Notes: generated by a model not told the origin, from the sequence alone. A DNA stretch of 64,000 nt from Nitrospirae bacterium GWC2_57_13 (GCA_001805055.1 MHDZ01000033.1:4404-68403), one strand, 5' to 3'. Positions 9,850 to 19,833 are shown, counted from the stretch's first letter. Translations and numbers: made by a program.

Positions 9850-9985
9850 CCTGCAAGACCGTTATGGGCCGGCGGCTCTCTCGATAACGGCGGTTCCGGC
9901 CCTCCTGACTGAAATTATAGCAAAATTACGCAAAAGGGATTGATAGGGAAAAGACCGGCGTCTGGCCGGCGCCTTTTTTTTGCCC

Positions 9986-10014
9986 TTGACAGTGAACGTT
10001 CGTTCACCTATAAT
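9986..10014 (+). promoter_or_regulatory. lexA promoter with a putative LexA operator in the spacer
   Basis: TTGACA (9986-9991), a 17-nt spacer, then TATAAT (10009-14). The spacer GTGAACGTTCGTTCACC contains a perfect 6-bp inverted repeat GTGAAC-N4-GTTCAC, which is a Cheo-type GAAC-N4-GTTC. Confidence 0.6.
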
Positions 10015-10116
10015 AAAAAAACGCCCTCTCCCCTGGAGGGAGAGGGCTGGCCCGCCCCGTATTCCCGCCTGTGCGGGATATCGGGGGTGAAGGGGCTGAA
10101 GGAGGGGAGCGGGAGC

Positions 10117-10710
10117 ATGGTACGGGACGTGGATAAAGACAAGCTGCGGGAGCGGGAGAAGGGCATCGCGCAGTTCTATCATGACCATGGCAGGATGCCG
10201 AGCTTTTCCGAGATCGGCGAGCTGACAGGCCTGCGCTCCAAGAATGCCGTGTCCAAGCTTGTCCGGAAGCTCGAGGACCTGCAGGTGCTGGAACGGGACA
10301 GGACCGGGCGGCTGGTGCCGGGCTCTATCGCATCTTCGGTGCGGGTGCTCGGCACGGTGGAGGCCGGCTTCCCGAGCCCTGCCGAGGAAGAGCTGGCGGA
10401 TACGCTCTCCCTTGACGACCTGCTGATCCAGAACCGGGAGGCGACCTTCCTGCTGAAGGTCTCGGGCGATTCCATGTCCGGCGCCGGCGTGCTGCCCGGC
10501 GACATGGTGATCGTGGACCGGGGGCAGACACCCAAGAGCGGGGACATCGTGATCGCCGAAGTGGACGGCGAGTGGACCATGAAATATCTCCGGAAGCGGG
10601 GGAGCAGCGTGACCCTCGTGGCCGCCAACCCGAAGTATCAGCCCATCACCCCGAAGAACGAGCTCAAGATCGCGGGCGTGGTCACGGCGGTGGTGAGGAA
10701 GTATAAATAG
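10117..10710 (+). CDS. lexA: LexA repressor (S24 peptidase)
   Basis: N-terminal winged HTH. Cleavage-region and S24 motifs (GDSM, MKYL, Ser/Lys dyad). RBS GAAGGAGGGGAG upstream. Confidence 0.9.
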   Translation: MVRDVDKDKLREREKGIAQFYHDHGRMPSFSEIGELTGLRSKNAVSKLVRKLEDLQVLERDRTGRLVPGSIASSVRVLGTVEAGFPSPAEEELADTLSLDDLLIQNREATFLLKVSGDSMSGAGVLPGDMVIVDRGQTPKSGDIVIAEVDGEWTMKYLRKRGSSVTLVAANPKYQPITPKNELKIAGVVTAVVRKYK

Positions 10711-10796
10711 GTTTGACGCGGAGATGGGGAGACAAGGGAGACGCGAAGAGAGGCAAAAAATCGTTCTCGCGCAAAGGCGCAAGAACTATATTTCCC

Positions 10797-10824
10797 TTGA
10801 ATAACATCCGGAAAATACTATAAT
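10797..10824 (+). promoter_or_regulatory. putative sigma70 promoter inside the AT-rich islet
   Basis: TTGAAT, a 16-nt spacer, then TATAAT. It points toward brnT/brnA. Confidence 0.35.
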
Positions 10825-10969
10825 AAAAACGTAACTACTCAGGTCAATTATATGTCACAGGAGGGATAAAAGGCTTTCCGCTTGCTCTATTTGAGCCCTG
10901 CTCTTTTTAAAACTCTTGCCCCCATATAAACTGTGATAAGCTGAATCGAGTAGCTTGAAAAGGTGGTAA

Positions 10970-11489
<520 letters not shown>

Positions 11490-11562
11490 CTTCGCATTAT
11501 TCCGACCCAAGATAAGAGGAAGTAAGACTGTCGCCCTTATATCAACCGGTAAGAGGTTGCTC

Positions 11563-11943
11563 ATGAAAAAAATAAAAGTGTTGGCAATCGCTTTGTTAAT
11601 GTTTGTTGGCAACATGAATATTTCTATCGCGACAACTGAGGTAGAAACAAAGGAAGAAACACTGAATTACATTCGTGTATTGTTCTCGGATAAAAAAGTA
11701 ATCGAAACATACCAAAAACTCATTTCCGAAGGATATTCGTGGCAGGACGAATATGCCAATTTTGGTTCAATGGTCGATGAAAAGCATGAAAGTTTTTACG
11801 GGCAAGTTCAGATAGTGATGGAGAAAGACAAAGGGGCGAAACGTAACAAGGTTGGCGAGAGGAGAGTGCTGGTTGTTGATTTTCTTTGGAGTAGAATAGG
11901 CAATAAAATAGAAAATATTAAAGTCGGAACGTATTCACAATAG
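11563..11943 (+). CDS. secreted hypothetical protein (AT-rich, likely foreign)
   Basis: Signal peptide MKKIKVLAIALLMFVGNMNISIA. Codon usage is low-GC, unlike the neighbouring genes. Confidence 0.45.
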   Translation: MKKIKVLAIALLMFVGNMNISIATTEVETKEETLNYIRVLFSDKKVIETYQKLISEGYSWQDEYANFGSMVDEKHESFYGQVQIVMEKDKGAKRNKVGERRVLVVDFLWSRIGNKIENIKVGTYSQ

Positions 11944-12205
11944 TACCAAAGATAGTATAGATGAAGATAAAACGGTCTATCTTCTGCCTGATATTACACC
12001 TGATGACGACCAAGAGGCACTGATTCGGGAATTCTATGAGCGTCTTTTTGAAGAACAGCTGAGTGATTGGTGCACTGATGAGTATTCCTGGCCATCGAAA
12101 CGGGACGTAAAGATGTTCAAAGAGTGGTTCGATATAGAATTTCACACCGTTGTTCTTGACCTTGCAGGTGAACCATTGGAGGATGATGAAATAGAGCCGC
12201 AATAG
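11912..12205 (+). pseudogene. gene remnant in the +1 frame relative to the preceding ORF, no ATG
   Basis: An open 97-codon frame encodes ...ALIREFYERLFEEQLSDWCTDEYSWPSKRDVKMFKEWFDIEFH... No start codon and no RBS. AT-rich. Confidence 0.3.
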
Positions 12206-12384
12206 GAACGGGTAGGCATATAATTTCTGACAAGCTGATTTCAACCTGCGGGGCTGTGCCATGGAGCCCCATCCCGGCGCGAAAACTACGCGCCGGGAGA
12301 ACCAGGGGCTTGAAACCGACCCGGAAAAACGGGCGGCTCAGCCCCGCATTCTCATCATGCTTGAACAACCCGGCTTGAAGCGAA

Positions 12385-12478
12385 GTTATCCGTTTTGATC
12401 CGTGTCCACCCCATTAGACCCCGTCAGATCGGTTCTAACGGGGTAAATCCGTGGCCAAATGTTCTTAAAGGTGGATTT
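12385..12478 (-). repeat. miniature copy of the mosaic intergenic repeat (end unit - CCCCGTYAGA..TCTAACGGGG hairpin - end unit)
   Basis: GTTATCCGTTTTGATCCGTGTCC ... CCCCGTCAGATCGGTTCTAACGGGGTAAATCCGTGGCCAAATGTTCTT. It matches both the termini and the hairpin of the full copy at 58346-58634. It abuts the dinB start codon. Confidence 0.6.
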
Positions 12479-12481
12479 CCC

Positions 12482-13795
12482 ATGACCGACCAGCCCCTCA
12501 CCATCCGCTCCTGGCCGAAGGCGATCCTGCACATCGACGCCGACGCCTTTTTTGCCTCCTGCGAGCAGGCGGTCCGTCCCGAGCTTCGCGGCAGGCCCGT
12601 GATCACCGGCAAGGAGCGAGGCATCGTGGCCGCGGCGAGCTACGAGGCCAAGGCCCGGGGCGTGGAGCGGGGCATGCGGCTCTTCGAGGCGAAGAAGGTC
12701 TGTCCCGACGCGGTCATTCTTCCCTCGGACTACGAGACCTACAGCCTTTTTTCGATGCGCATGTTCGAGATCTTCAGGCGCTTCTCGCCCGACGTGGAGG
12801 AGTACTCCATCGACGAGGCCTTCGTGGACCTTACGGGCCTGCGGCGGAGCTTCCACGGGCCCTACTGGATGATCGCGCAGCGGATTCAGGAGACGGTGGC
12901 GCAGGAACTGGGGATCACTGTGTCCGCGGGTCTGAGCCTTTCGAAGGTGCTGGCCAAGATCGGTTCGAAGCACCGCAAGCCCCACGGCCTCACGGTCATT
13001 CCCGGCCGGGAGGTCCATGTCTATCTCAGGGACCTTCCGGTGGAGAAGGTCTGGGGCATCGGGCCGAACACCACGGCCTTTCTCCGGAAGTTCGGCGTTG
13101 TCACGGCCCTCGACCTGGCCCGGAAGGACGAGAAGTTCATCGAACAACATCTCTCCAAGCCATTTCGCGAGATATGGAACGAGTTGAACGGCCGGAGCAT
13201 GTATCCCGTGGTGACGGAGCCGAAGAACAGCTACCAGTCCATCAGCAAGGCGCGGACCTTCACCCCGCCGTCGAACGACGAGGCTTTTGTCTTTGCCCAG
13301 CTTGCGAAGAACCTGGAGAATGCCTGCATCAAGGCGCGGCGCTATCAGCTTGCGGCGGCGCGGCTTGTCGTGTTCCTCAGGCGCCAGGATTTTCAGGACC
13401 GGGGCGTGGAGATCAGGCTGAGCCGCCCCACCTCCTATCCCGCCGAGCTTTTCGAGCCGTTGCGGCAAGGCTTCCGGCAGCTCTACGCGCCGGCCGACCT
13501 CTACCGCCAGACCGGCGTGGTGCTCGGAGGCCTGGTGCCCGAGGGTTCTGTTCAGTACACGCTCTTCGATGATACGGCGAAGATCGAGAAGATGGCCAGG
13601 GTCTACGGCGCGGTGGATGAGCTGTCCCGGAAGTTCGGCAAGCATGCCATTCAGCACGCGGCGAGCCTGCCGGCCAAGCTGCAGGCCCGGCACGAGGGCG
13701 AGCGGGGAGATGTTCCGGAACGGAAGGCGCAGCTCTTTCGCGGTGAGAACAGCAGGCAGCGTCTGGGTCTGCCGCTGTTGCGGGTGAAGGTGTAA
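12482..13795 (+). CDS. dinB: Y-family DNA polymerase (DinB-type; ImuB not excluded)
   Basis: ILHIDADAFFASCEQ and PVITG...RGIVAAASYEAKARGV are the canonical Y-family N-terminal motifs, followed by little-finger-like regions. It lies near lexA. Confidence 0.85.
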   Translation: MTDQPLTIRSWPKAILHIDADAFFASCEQAVRPELRGRPVITGKERGIVAAASYEAKARGVERGMRLFEAKKVCPDAVILPSDYETYSLFSMRMFEIFRRFSPDVEEYSIDEAFVDLTGLRRSFHGPYWMIAQRIQETVAQELGITVSAGLSLSKVLAKIGSKHRKPHGLTVIPGREVHVYLRDLPVEKVWGIGPNTTAFLRKFGVVTALDLARKDEKFIEQHLSKPFREIWNELNGRSMYPVVTEPKNSYQSISKARTFTPPSNDEAFVFAQLAKNLENACIKARRYQLAAARLVVFLRRQDFQDRGVEIRLSRPTSYPAELFEPLRQGFRQLYAPADLYRQTGVVLGGLVPEGSVQYTLFDDTAKIEKMARVYGAVDELSRKFGKHAIQHAASLPAKLQARHEGERGDVPERKAQLFRGENSRQRLGLPLLRVKV

Positions 13796-13802
13796 ACCTG
13801 AA

Positions 13803-14012
13803 AAAAGCTTTTTTGACGCGGATAAAATCTGGAATGGCGGATAAGGACAGAAAAAAATGTTTTTTATATTGAAAAAGAATCGTCTTTGAGGTGAAAACGC
13901 TTTCTGCATAAATTCTGGAGTGAGCGCATTCCCCGTCACGCCAAGGCGGGACTGCGGGGAGCTTCAATGCCTGGTTTTATCTGCGGGAATCTGCGTCCAA
14001 CGGCCGTTTTTA
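13803..14012 (+). repeat. truncated copy of the mosaic intergenic repeat (left terminus present, right terminus absent)
   Basis: TTTTGACGCGGATAAAATC...GATAAGGACAGAAAAAAATG...TTGAAAAAGAATCGTCTTTGAGGTGAAAACG...GAATCTGCGTCCAACGGCCGTTTTTAGG is collinear with the 58346-58540 part of the full copy. Confidence 0.6.
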
Positions 14013-14046
14013 GGATAAAAGATATGTATCGCAGCCTGGCAGGGCG

Positions 14047-14083
14047 GAAAATTAAAACGCCGGAGGGAAAGCCCCTCCGGCGT
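14047..14083 (-). terminator. rho-independent terminator of the csp-rbp operon
   Basis: CGCCGGAGGG-AAAG-CCCCTCCGGCG hairpin followed by a T-run on the minus strand. Confidence 0.6.
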
Positions 14084-14149
14084 GATGTATTCACAGTAGG
14101 TATGATCGACAAGCCTCGACAGCCGGTCTGAACCAGCGAAGGACGCCTT

Positions 14150-14506
14150 TTATTTCCAGCGGTTTCCGCCACCGCCGCCGCCGCGGTTGTCCCGGTCCCT
14201 GCCGCCGCCACCGCCACCGCCGAAGCCGCCGGACCTGCCACCGCGATCGCTTCGTTCGCGCTGCGGCCTCGCTTCGTTAACGGTGATCGCCCGCGAATCA
14301 TGCGTTGTGCCGTTCAGCGACGCGATCGCCTTCTCGCCTTCATCATCATTCGTCATTTCCACGAAGCCGAACCCTTTTGAGCGGCCCGTGGCAGCATCGG
14401 TGATGATCTTGACGGACGCCACTTCTCCGAAAGGCGTGAATAATTCCTTTATTCCGTCTTCCGTTGCCGAATACGATAAATTCCCCACGTAAAGCCTTTT
14501 TGCCAT
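14150..14506 (-). CDS. RRM-type glycine-rich RNA-binding protein
   Basis: RNP2 LYVGNL and RNP1 KGFGFVEM, then a Gly/Arg-rich tail. Confidence 0.85.
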   Translation of the reverse strand: MAKRLYVGNLSYSATEDGIKELFTPFGEVASVKIITDAATGRSKGFGFVEMTNDDEGEKAIASLNGTTHDSRAITVNEARPQRERSDRGGRSGGFGGGGGGGRDRDNRGGGGGGNRWK

Positions 14507-14561
14507 GATCTCCTCCGCGCCTGTGCGCTCTTGTTTCGGTGAAACTCCGCCTGGTGATGTA

Positions 14562-14762
14562 TCAGAGTTTTACGACGTTAACTGCCTGAAGACCCTTGGG
14601 ACCCTGTTCGAGGTCGAAGCTCACGGAATCACCCTCTGCCAGAGACTTGAAGCCCTCGCCCTTGATCGACGAAAAGTGAACGAATACGTCCTTTGCTTCG
14701 TCGGTCGTGATGAATCCAAATCCTTTTGAATCATTGAACCATTTTACCGTACCATTCGGCAT
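14562..14762 (-). CDS. cold-shock protein (CspA family)
   Basis: [18 protein letters not shown] and VFVHFSSI are canonical CSD motifs. 66 aa. RBS GGAGGAG upstream. Confidence 0.9.
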   Translation of the reverse strand: MPNGTVKWFNDSKGFGFITTDEAKDVFVHFSSIKGEGFKSLAEGDSVSFDLEQGPKGLQAVNVVKL

Positions 14763-15231
14763 CTGTGAAACTCCTCCTTGAGATGAATATGCTGCTTTGC
14801 TACGAAGCAATACAGCGGAAAAAGCGCAAATCATGAGAAGGCTGCATATTATTTCATGCAATCCCTCTCCATAAGCACAGTTCCTTTTATTTGTTTCTAA
14901 TAGTATGCGCCTTTTTAAGAAATGTCAATCCGAAATTTTACCATTTCATTGAGGGGTTAGGCGCTCAGGATACGTTCCGCAGCCTGGCCCGTTGGCGTAA
15001 TTCGACAGCGCCTGTGAGTCAGTCATGCCTGAGGGCGCGCATGCCCTTTGCGGCTTGGAAGCGCTTCTGCGTACCAGCTAGGTATAGGGTACAGAGGTAT
15101 TCCGGAACGTAGCCGGAGAAAAGGTTTCTGGGAGTCCAGGCTGTCCATCGGGTCAGGGAACTCCAAAAAAACCTTGCAACCTCTTAAAAAATAAACTATA
15201 ATCCAAAATCCCATTCTGGTGGTTATATGCT

Positions 15232-16305
15232 ATGTCCACGCCTGATCTTCAGGACCTCCGCAAAAAGATAGACGAACTGGATGACAAGCTGCTCGAGCTG
15301 CTGAATGAGCGGGCGGGGATCGTCGTCGCGGTCGGCACTATCAAGAAGAAAGAGAAGCTGGATTTTCATTCCCCGGGGCGGGAGAGGGAGATCCTTGAGC
15401 GCCTTACATCGCGCAATCAGGGGCCTTTTCCCCAGGAAGCGCTCCGGGCGGTTTACCGCGAGATACTGTCTTCATCCCTCTCTCTGGAGCGGCCTATCAA
15501 GGTGGCCTATCTGGGCCCGCGCGCTACGTTCACGCATATGGCCGGCATGCAGCAGTTCGGACTGGCGGCCCAGTACGTGCCTGTCGAGACCATCCGTGAC
15601 ATCTTCAGCGAAGTAGATCGCGGCCGCGCCGATTACGGCGTCGTCCCCATAGAGAACTCCACCGAGGGGGTGGTGAACTATACCCTCGACATGTTCATCG
15701 ACTCGGACCTTCAGGTCTATGCCGAGATCATGCTTGAGGTGTCGCAAAACCTCATGAACCGTTCGGGAAAATTGGAGGACATCAGGAAAATCTACACGCA
15801 CCCCCAGGTGCCGGGACAGTGCCGGCAGTGGCTCGAGAAAAATGCATCCGGCATCCCCATATTCGATGCGCCGAGCACCGCCCGGGCCGCGGAGATGGCC
15901 AAGGATGATCCCGAAGCGGGCGCCATTGCCAGCGAGATGGCGGCCATGCTCTACGGCCTTCAGATCGTTGCCCGGAAGATCGAGGACAATCCGCACAACG
16001 TTACCCGTTTTCTCGTCGTCGCAAAACGGTCGCCGGGCAGGACGGGAAAAGACAAAACCTCCATCATGTTCTCCATCAAGGACCGTGTTGGCGCGCTGCA
16101 TGCGATGCTCCAGCCCTTTGTTGATGCAGGGATCAACCTCAACCGTCTCGATGCGCGGCCCTCGGGCCGGAAGGTCTGGGATTACGTATTTTTTCTCGAT
16201 TTGGAGGGGCATATCGAGGAAGAAAAAGTCGCCAAGGCCATCGGCGAGCTGAGAGCTGAGTGTCTGTTCCTGAAGGTGCTCGGGTCCTATTCGAAGAGCC
16301 ACTAG
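15232..16305 (+). CDS. pheA: bifunctional chorismate mutase / prephenate dehydratase
   Basis: N-terminal CM helix pair (LRKKIDELDDKLLELLNER), a PDT domain (ESTEG, TRF) and a C-terminal ACT domain. Confidence 0.9.
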   Translation: MSTPDLQDLRKKIDELDDKLLELLNERAGIVVAVGTIKKKEKLDFHSPGREREILERLTSRNQGPFPQEALRAVYREILSSSLSLERPIKVAYLGPRATFTHMAGMQQFGLAAQYVPVETIRDIFSEVDRGRADYGVVPIENSTEGVVNYTLDMFIDSDLQVYAEIMLEVSQNLMNRSGKLEDIRKIYTHPQVPGQCRQWLEKNASGIPIFDAPSTARAAEMAKDDPEAGAIASEMAAMLYGLQIVARKIEDNPHNVTRFLVVAKRSPGRTGKDKTSIMFSIKDRVGALHAMLQPFVDAGINLNRLDARPSGRKVWDYVFFLDLEGHIEEEKVAKAIGELRAECLFLKVLGSYSKSH

Positions 16306-16459
16306 CATCGATTGCAGGGTGCTGCGTCTGGAATTCGGCACTGCAGCATCAACATTTCCACACACGCTTACCGCGCCTATCGCTTGTGATTGGTTTTATC
16401 ACCTGGATAGTTTCACTAGCATGAGAAATTAAGAGAGACCGGGAGTCTACTGAAAAGCC

Positions 16460-17533
16460 ATGATTGTTTCCGAAAATATCAAGAGTATTAATCCCTACGT
16501 TCCTGGAAAGCCGATCGAGGAACTGGAGCGCGAGCTGGGCATCAGCGGGAGCATAAAGCTCGCATCGAATGAGAATCCGCTCGGGCCGTCGTCCAAGGCA
16601 GTTGCTGCGGCCAAAAAGGCGCTGGAAGGGCTGAATCGTTATCCCGACGGCAGCGGCTTTTATCTTGCAAAGGCCCTCGCCACCCGGTACGGAGTGGAGA
16701 TCGGCCAGATCATCCTGGGCAACGGGTCGAACGAACTGATCGAACTGGCGGTGCGCACCTTTGTGCAGCCCGGCGACGAGGTCGTATCGGCTGTTCCTTC
16801 CTTTGTCGTGTACAAAATGATCGTCCAGGCTGCGGGCGGCACGAACATCATCGTGCCTTGCCGGGAATACACCCACGATCTCGACGCCATGGCTGAACGG
16901 ATCACACCGCGCACCAGGATCGTTTTCATCGCGAATCCGAACAATCCCACGGGGACCATGAACACGAAGGCCGAGTTGGACCGGTTCATGGGCAGGGTGC
17001 CGGACCATGTACTCGTGGCCCTTGACGAAGCCTACGGTGAGTACGTGACGAGAGTCGACTATCCCGACGCCCTGGATTATCTGAGAGAGGGCAATAACGT
17101 GCTCGCGCTCCGCACCTTTTCGAAGATCTACGGCCTTGCGGGGCTTCGTATCGGCTACGGCATCACCACTGCCGAGATCGCCGGTCTGTTGAACAACGTG
17201 AGGCAGCCATTCAATACGAACTCCCTCGGCCAGGCAGCCGCCCTTGCGGCCCTGGCGGACCGAAAGCACGTGGAGAGATCGATCGCCGTTAACAACGAAG
17301 GCAAAAAGTATCTGTACCAGGCCTTCGAGCAGCTCGGCGTCTCCTATGTCCCCACGGAAACCAATTTCATTTTTTTTGAGACGGGCCGCGATTGCGGCGA
17401 CATCTATGACACGCTCCTGCGAAAGGGCGTTATCATCCGTCCCATGGGAGGGAAGCGCCTTCGCGTTACCATCGGGCTCGACGAAGAGAACAAACGGTTC
17501 ATTGCGGAGCTCGATGCGGCGCTGAAGAGCTGA
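16460..17533 (+). CDS. hisC: histidinol-phosphate/aromatic aminotransferase (class II PLP, HisC family)
   Basis: [12 protein letters not shown] and NPNNPTG motifs. Embedded in the aromatic-amino-acid block. Confidence 0.8.
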   Translation: MIVSENIKSINPYVPGKPIEELERELGISGSIKLASNENPLGPSSKAVAAAKKALEGLNRYPDGSGFYLAKALATRYGVEIGQIILGNGSNELIELAVRTFVQPGDEVVSAVPSFVVYKMIVQAAGGTNIIVPCREYTHDLDAMAERITPRTRIVFIANPNNPTGTMNTKAELDRFMGRVPDHVLVALDEAYGEYVTRVDYPDALDYLREGNNVLALRTFSKIYGLAGLRIGYGITTAEIAGLLNNVRQPFNTNSLGQAAALAALADRKHVERSIAVNNEGKKYLYQAFEQLGVSYVPTETNFIFFETGRDCGDIYDTLLRKGVIIRPMGGKRLRVTIGLDEENKRFIAELDAALKS

Positions 17534-17603
17534 TGGTCGTCCGCAGGCGCTGTGTGGTGGACCGTCAGTTTGCAGAGGGACGCATGCCGGAGAGAGAACA
17601 TTT

Positions 17604-18617
17604 ATGATCATCGTTCTGAAGCCAGATACCACCCGGGAGCAGATGGATCATATCATCGAGAAGCTCACGGGGCTCGGGTTGAAGGCGCACGTGTCGGCCG
17701 GAACAGAGCGCACCGTTATCGGGGCCATCGGCGATGAACGTATTCTGCGGACCATTCCCCTCGAGGCTTTTCCTGGCGTAGAAAAGGTATTGCCCATCCT
17801 GAAACCCTTCAAGCTTGCGAGCCGGGATTTCAAACAGGAGAATTCGGTCATCCGTATCGGGGGGGCGGAGATCGGCGGAAGGAAGCTGGTCGTCATGGCG
17901 GGACCCTGCGCCGTGGAGAGCAGAGAGCAGCTGCTGGAGATCGCCGGGGAAGTGAAAGGAGCGGGGGCCGCCTTCATTCGCGGAGGGGCATTCAAACCGC
18001 GCACCTCGCCCTACAGTTTTCAGGGGTTGGAAGAGGAGGGCCTCAAGTACCTCGCCGAGGCCCGGCAGAAAACAGGCCTTCCCGTTGTCACCGAGGTGAT
18101 GGATCCCCGGGACATTGAGCTGATCGTGAAGTATGCAGATGTGCTGCAGATAGGCGCCCGGAACATGCAGAATTTTCGTCTCTTGAAGGAAGTGGGAACC
18201 TATCGGAAGCCGGTGCTGCTGAAACGCGGCATCTCGGCCACGATCAAGGAATGGCTGATGTCGGCCGAGTACATCATGTCGGAAGGGAATCATGACGTGA
18301 TACTGTGCGAACGGGGCATACGCACCTATGAAACGGAAACGCGAAACACGCTCGATCTTTCGGCTGTGCCGGTGCTGAAGCAGCTCACCCATCTTCCGGT
18401 AATCGTTGACCCAAGCCATGCCGTGGGTAAATGGGAACTGGTGCCGCCCATGGCCAGAGCGGCCGTAGCCGCGGGAGCGGACGGACTGCTCATCGAGGTG
18501 CACTCAAATCCTGAAGAAGCGCTTTGCGACGGCGAGCAGTCGCTCAAGCCCAAGATGTTCCGCCAGCTGATGAGCGAAATGCGGGTGATCGCGCAGGCCG
18601 TAGGGAGAGATCTCTAG
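17604..18617 (+). CDS. 3-deoxy-7-phosphoheptulonate (DAHP) synthase, type I-beta with N-terminal regulatory domain
   Basis: N-terminal ferredoxin-like domain, then a KDO8PS-like barrel (GPCAVES, GARNMQN, KRG). Confidence 0.85.
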   Translation: MIIVLKPDTTREQMDHIIEKLTGLGLKAHVSAGTERTVIGAIGDERILRTIPLEAFPGVEKVLPILKPFKLASRDFKQENSVIRIGGAEIGGRKLVVMAGPCAVESREQLLEIAGEVKGAGAAFIRGGAFKPRTSPYSFQGLEEEGLKYLAEARQKTGLPVVTEVMDPRDIELIVKYADVLQIGARNMQNFRLLKEVGTYRKPVLLKRGISATIKEWLMSAEYIMSEGNHDVILCERGIRTYETETRNTLDLSAVPVLKQLTHLPVIVDPSHAVGKWELVPPMARAAVAAGADGLLIEVHSNPEEALCDGEQSLKPKMFRQLMSEMRVIAQAVGRDL

Positions 18618-18639
18618 GGTAGAATTCCCCATTTCAATG

Positions 18640-18838
18640 ATCCTAGAAACGGCAGTTGGCCGCAGATTCACCCCGTTAGAAATAAGAATCTGCTAACGGG
18701 GTAAACGCAGATTTTTGCAGATTAAACCAGGCATTCGGACAGAAAGGGCATTCACCCCAAAGGGGATTCTTTTTCAACAGCAATTTTTTTGTCTGTTTTT
18801 ATCTGATCTTATCGGATGTTATCCGCGTCCAAATGTTC
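18640..18838 (-). repeat. truncated inverted copy of the mosaic intergenic repeat between the DAHP synthase gene and tyrA
   Basis: The reverse complement matches 58346-58540 almost base for base (AAGAACATTTGGACGCGGATAACATCCGATAAGATCAGATAAAAACAG...CCCCGTTAGCAGATTCTTATTTCTAACGGGGTGAATCTGCGGCCAACTGCCGTTTCTAGG). Confidence 0.7.
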
Positions 18839-18926
18839 TTTTCAGGATGATCGAAAGTGTTTTGGATTTTGGTTGTTGAAAAATTTTGTCGTTTGATTCT
18901 TGGACCCTGGAATATATAAAAAAGCT

Positions 18927-19787
18927 ATGATCCATTTTAACAATGTTACCATTATCGGCGTCGGTCTGATCGGCGGCTCTCTGGCCCGGGTCATGAAAAC
19001 GGGGAAGCTTGCGGGAACCATCACGGGCGCTGGCAGGAGCAAAGCCACCCTGGAAGAGGCGCTTGGGCTGGGAGTGGTCGACCGGATCGCCGAAAATCTG
19101 GGTGAGGCTGTCGAGGGCGCCGACCTGGTGGTCCTCGCAACGCCCGTGGCAACCTTCGAAGCGATCGCCCGTGAGATCGGCCCGCGCATGAAAGAGGGCG
19201 CCATCGTCACCGATGTAGGAAGCGTAAAGGGCAGGTTCGTTAAAGCGCTCGAGAAGCTGTTGCCGAAAAACATCCGCTATGTTCCCGGTCATCCCATAGC
19301 TGGCAAGGAGAAGTCGGGCGTCTCCGAATCTACGGAAGTGCTGTTCCAGGGGGCGCGGTGGATCCTGACGCCTACGGAGCGGACCGATCCCGAAGCGCTT
19401 GCAGCGGTGGAAACGCTGTGCCGGGCGGCAGGTGCGCAGGTGCGGCGCATGGATGCTGATCTGCACGATCGGGTCTTTGCTGCTGTTAGCCACCTTCCGC
19501 ATGTGGCGGCCTATGCCATGGTCTGCACTGTGGCCGAACTGAACACGGGCAGCGAAGAATACATTGATTTTTCCGGCGGAGGGTTCAGGGACTTCACGCG
19601 CATCGCGGCCAGTTCTCCCGAAATGTGGCGGGATATTTGCCTTCTGAACGGGAATAACATCATCGAAATGATCGATCGGTACCAGTTCTCGTTGAATATG
19701 ATGAAGCGCGCCATTCGAACGAAGGACAGCAACAAGCTTGAAGGGCTGTTCCGGTCGGCCAGCGACGTACGGAAGGGATTGAAGTGA
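18927..19787 (+). CDS. tyrA: prephenate dehydrogenase
   Basis: Rossmann motif VTIIGVGLIGGS followed by a PDH C-terminal domain. Confidence 0.8.
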   Translation: MIHFNNVTIIGVGLIGGSLARVMKTGKLAGTITGAGRSKATLEEALGLGVVDRIAENLGEAVEGADLVVLATPVATFEAIAREIGPRMKEGAIVTDVGSVKGRFVKALEKLLPKNIRYVPGHPIAGKEKSGVSESTEVLFQGARWILTPTERTDPEALAAVETLCRAAGAQVRRMDADLHDRVFAAVSHLPHVAAYAMVCTVAELNTGSEEYIDFSGGGFRDFTRIAASSPEMWRDICLLNGNNIIEMIDRYQFSLNMMKRAIRTKDSNKLEGLFRSASDVRKGLK

Positions 19788-19833
19788 CGTCCTGAGGCCG
19801 TTGCCGTTCGGCGCGGCGGGATGATTGGAAACC

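Noticed and set aside
9862-10782. 306-aa minus-strand ORF
   Set aside because: Antisense to lexA and its promoter. Proline/arginine-rich shadow frame.
12386-13939. 517-aa minus-strand ORF
   Set aside because: Antisense to dinB, which has clear Y-family motifs on the plus strand.
16349-17632. 427-aa minus-strand ORF
   Set aside because: Antisense to hisC.
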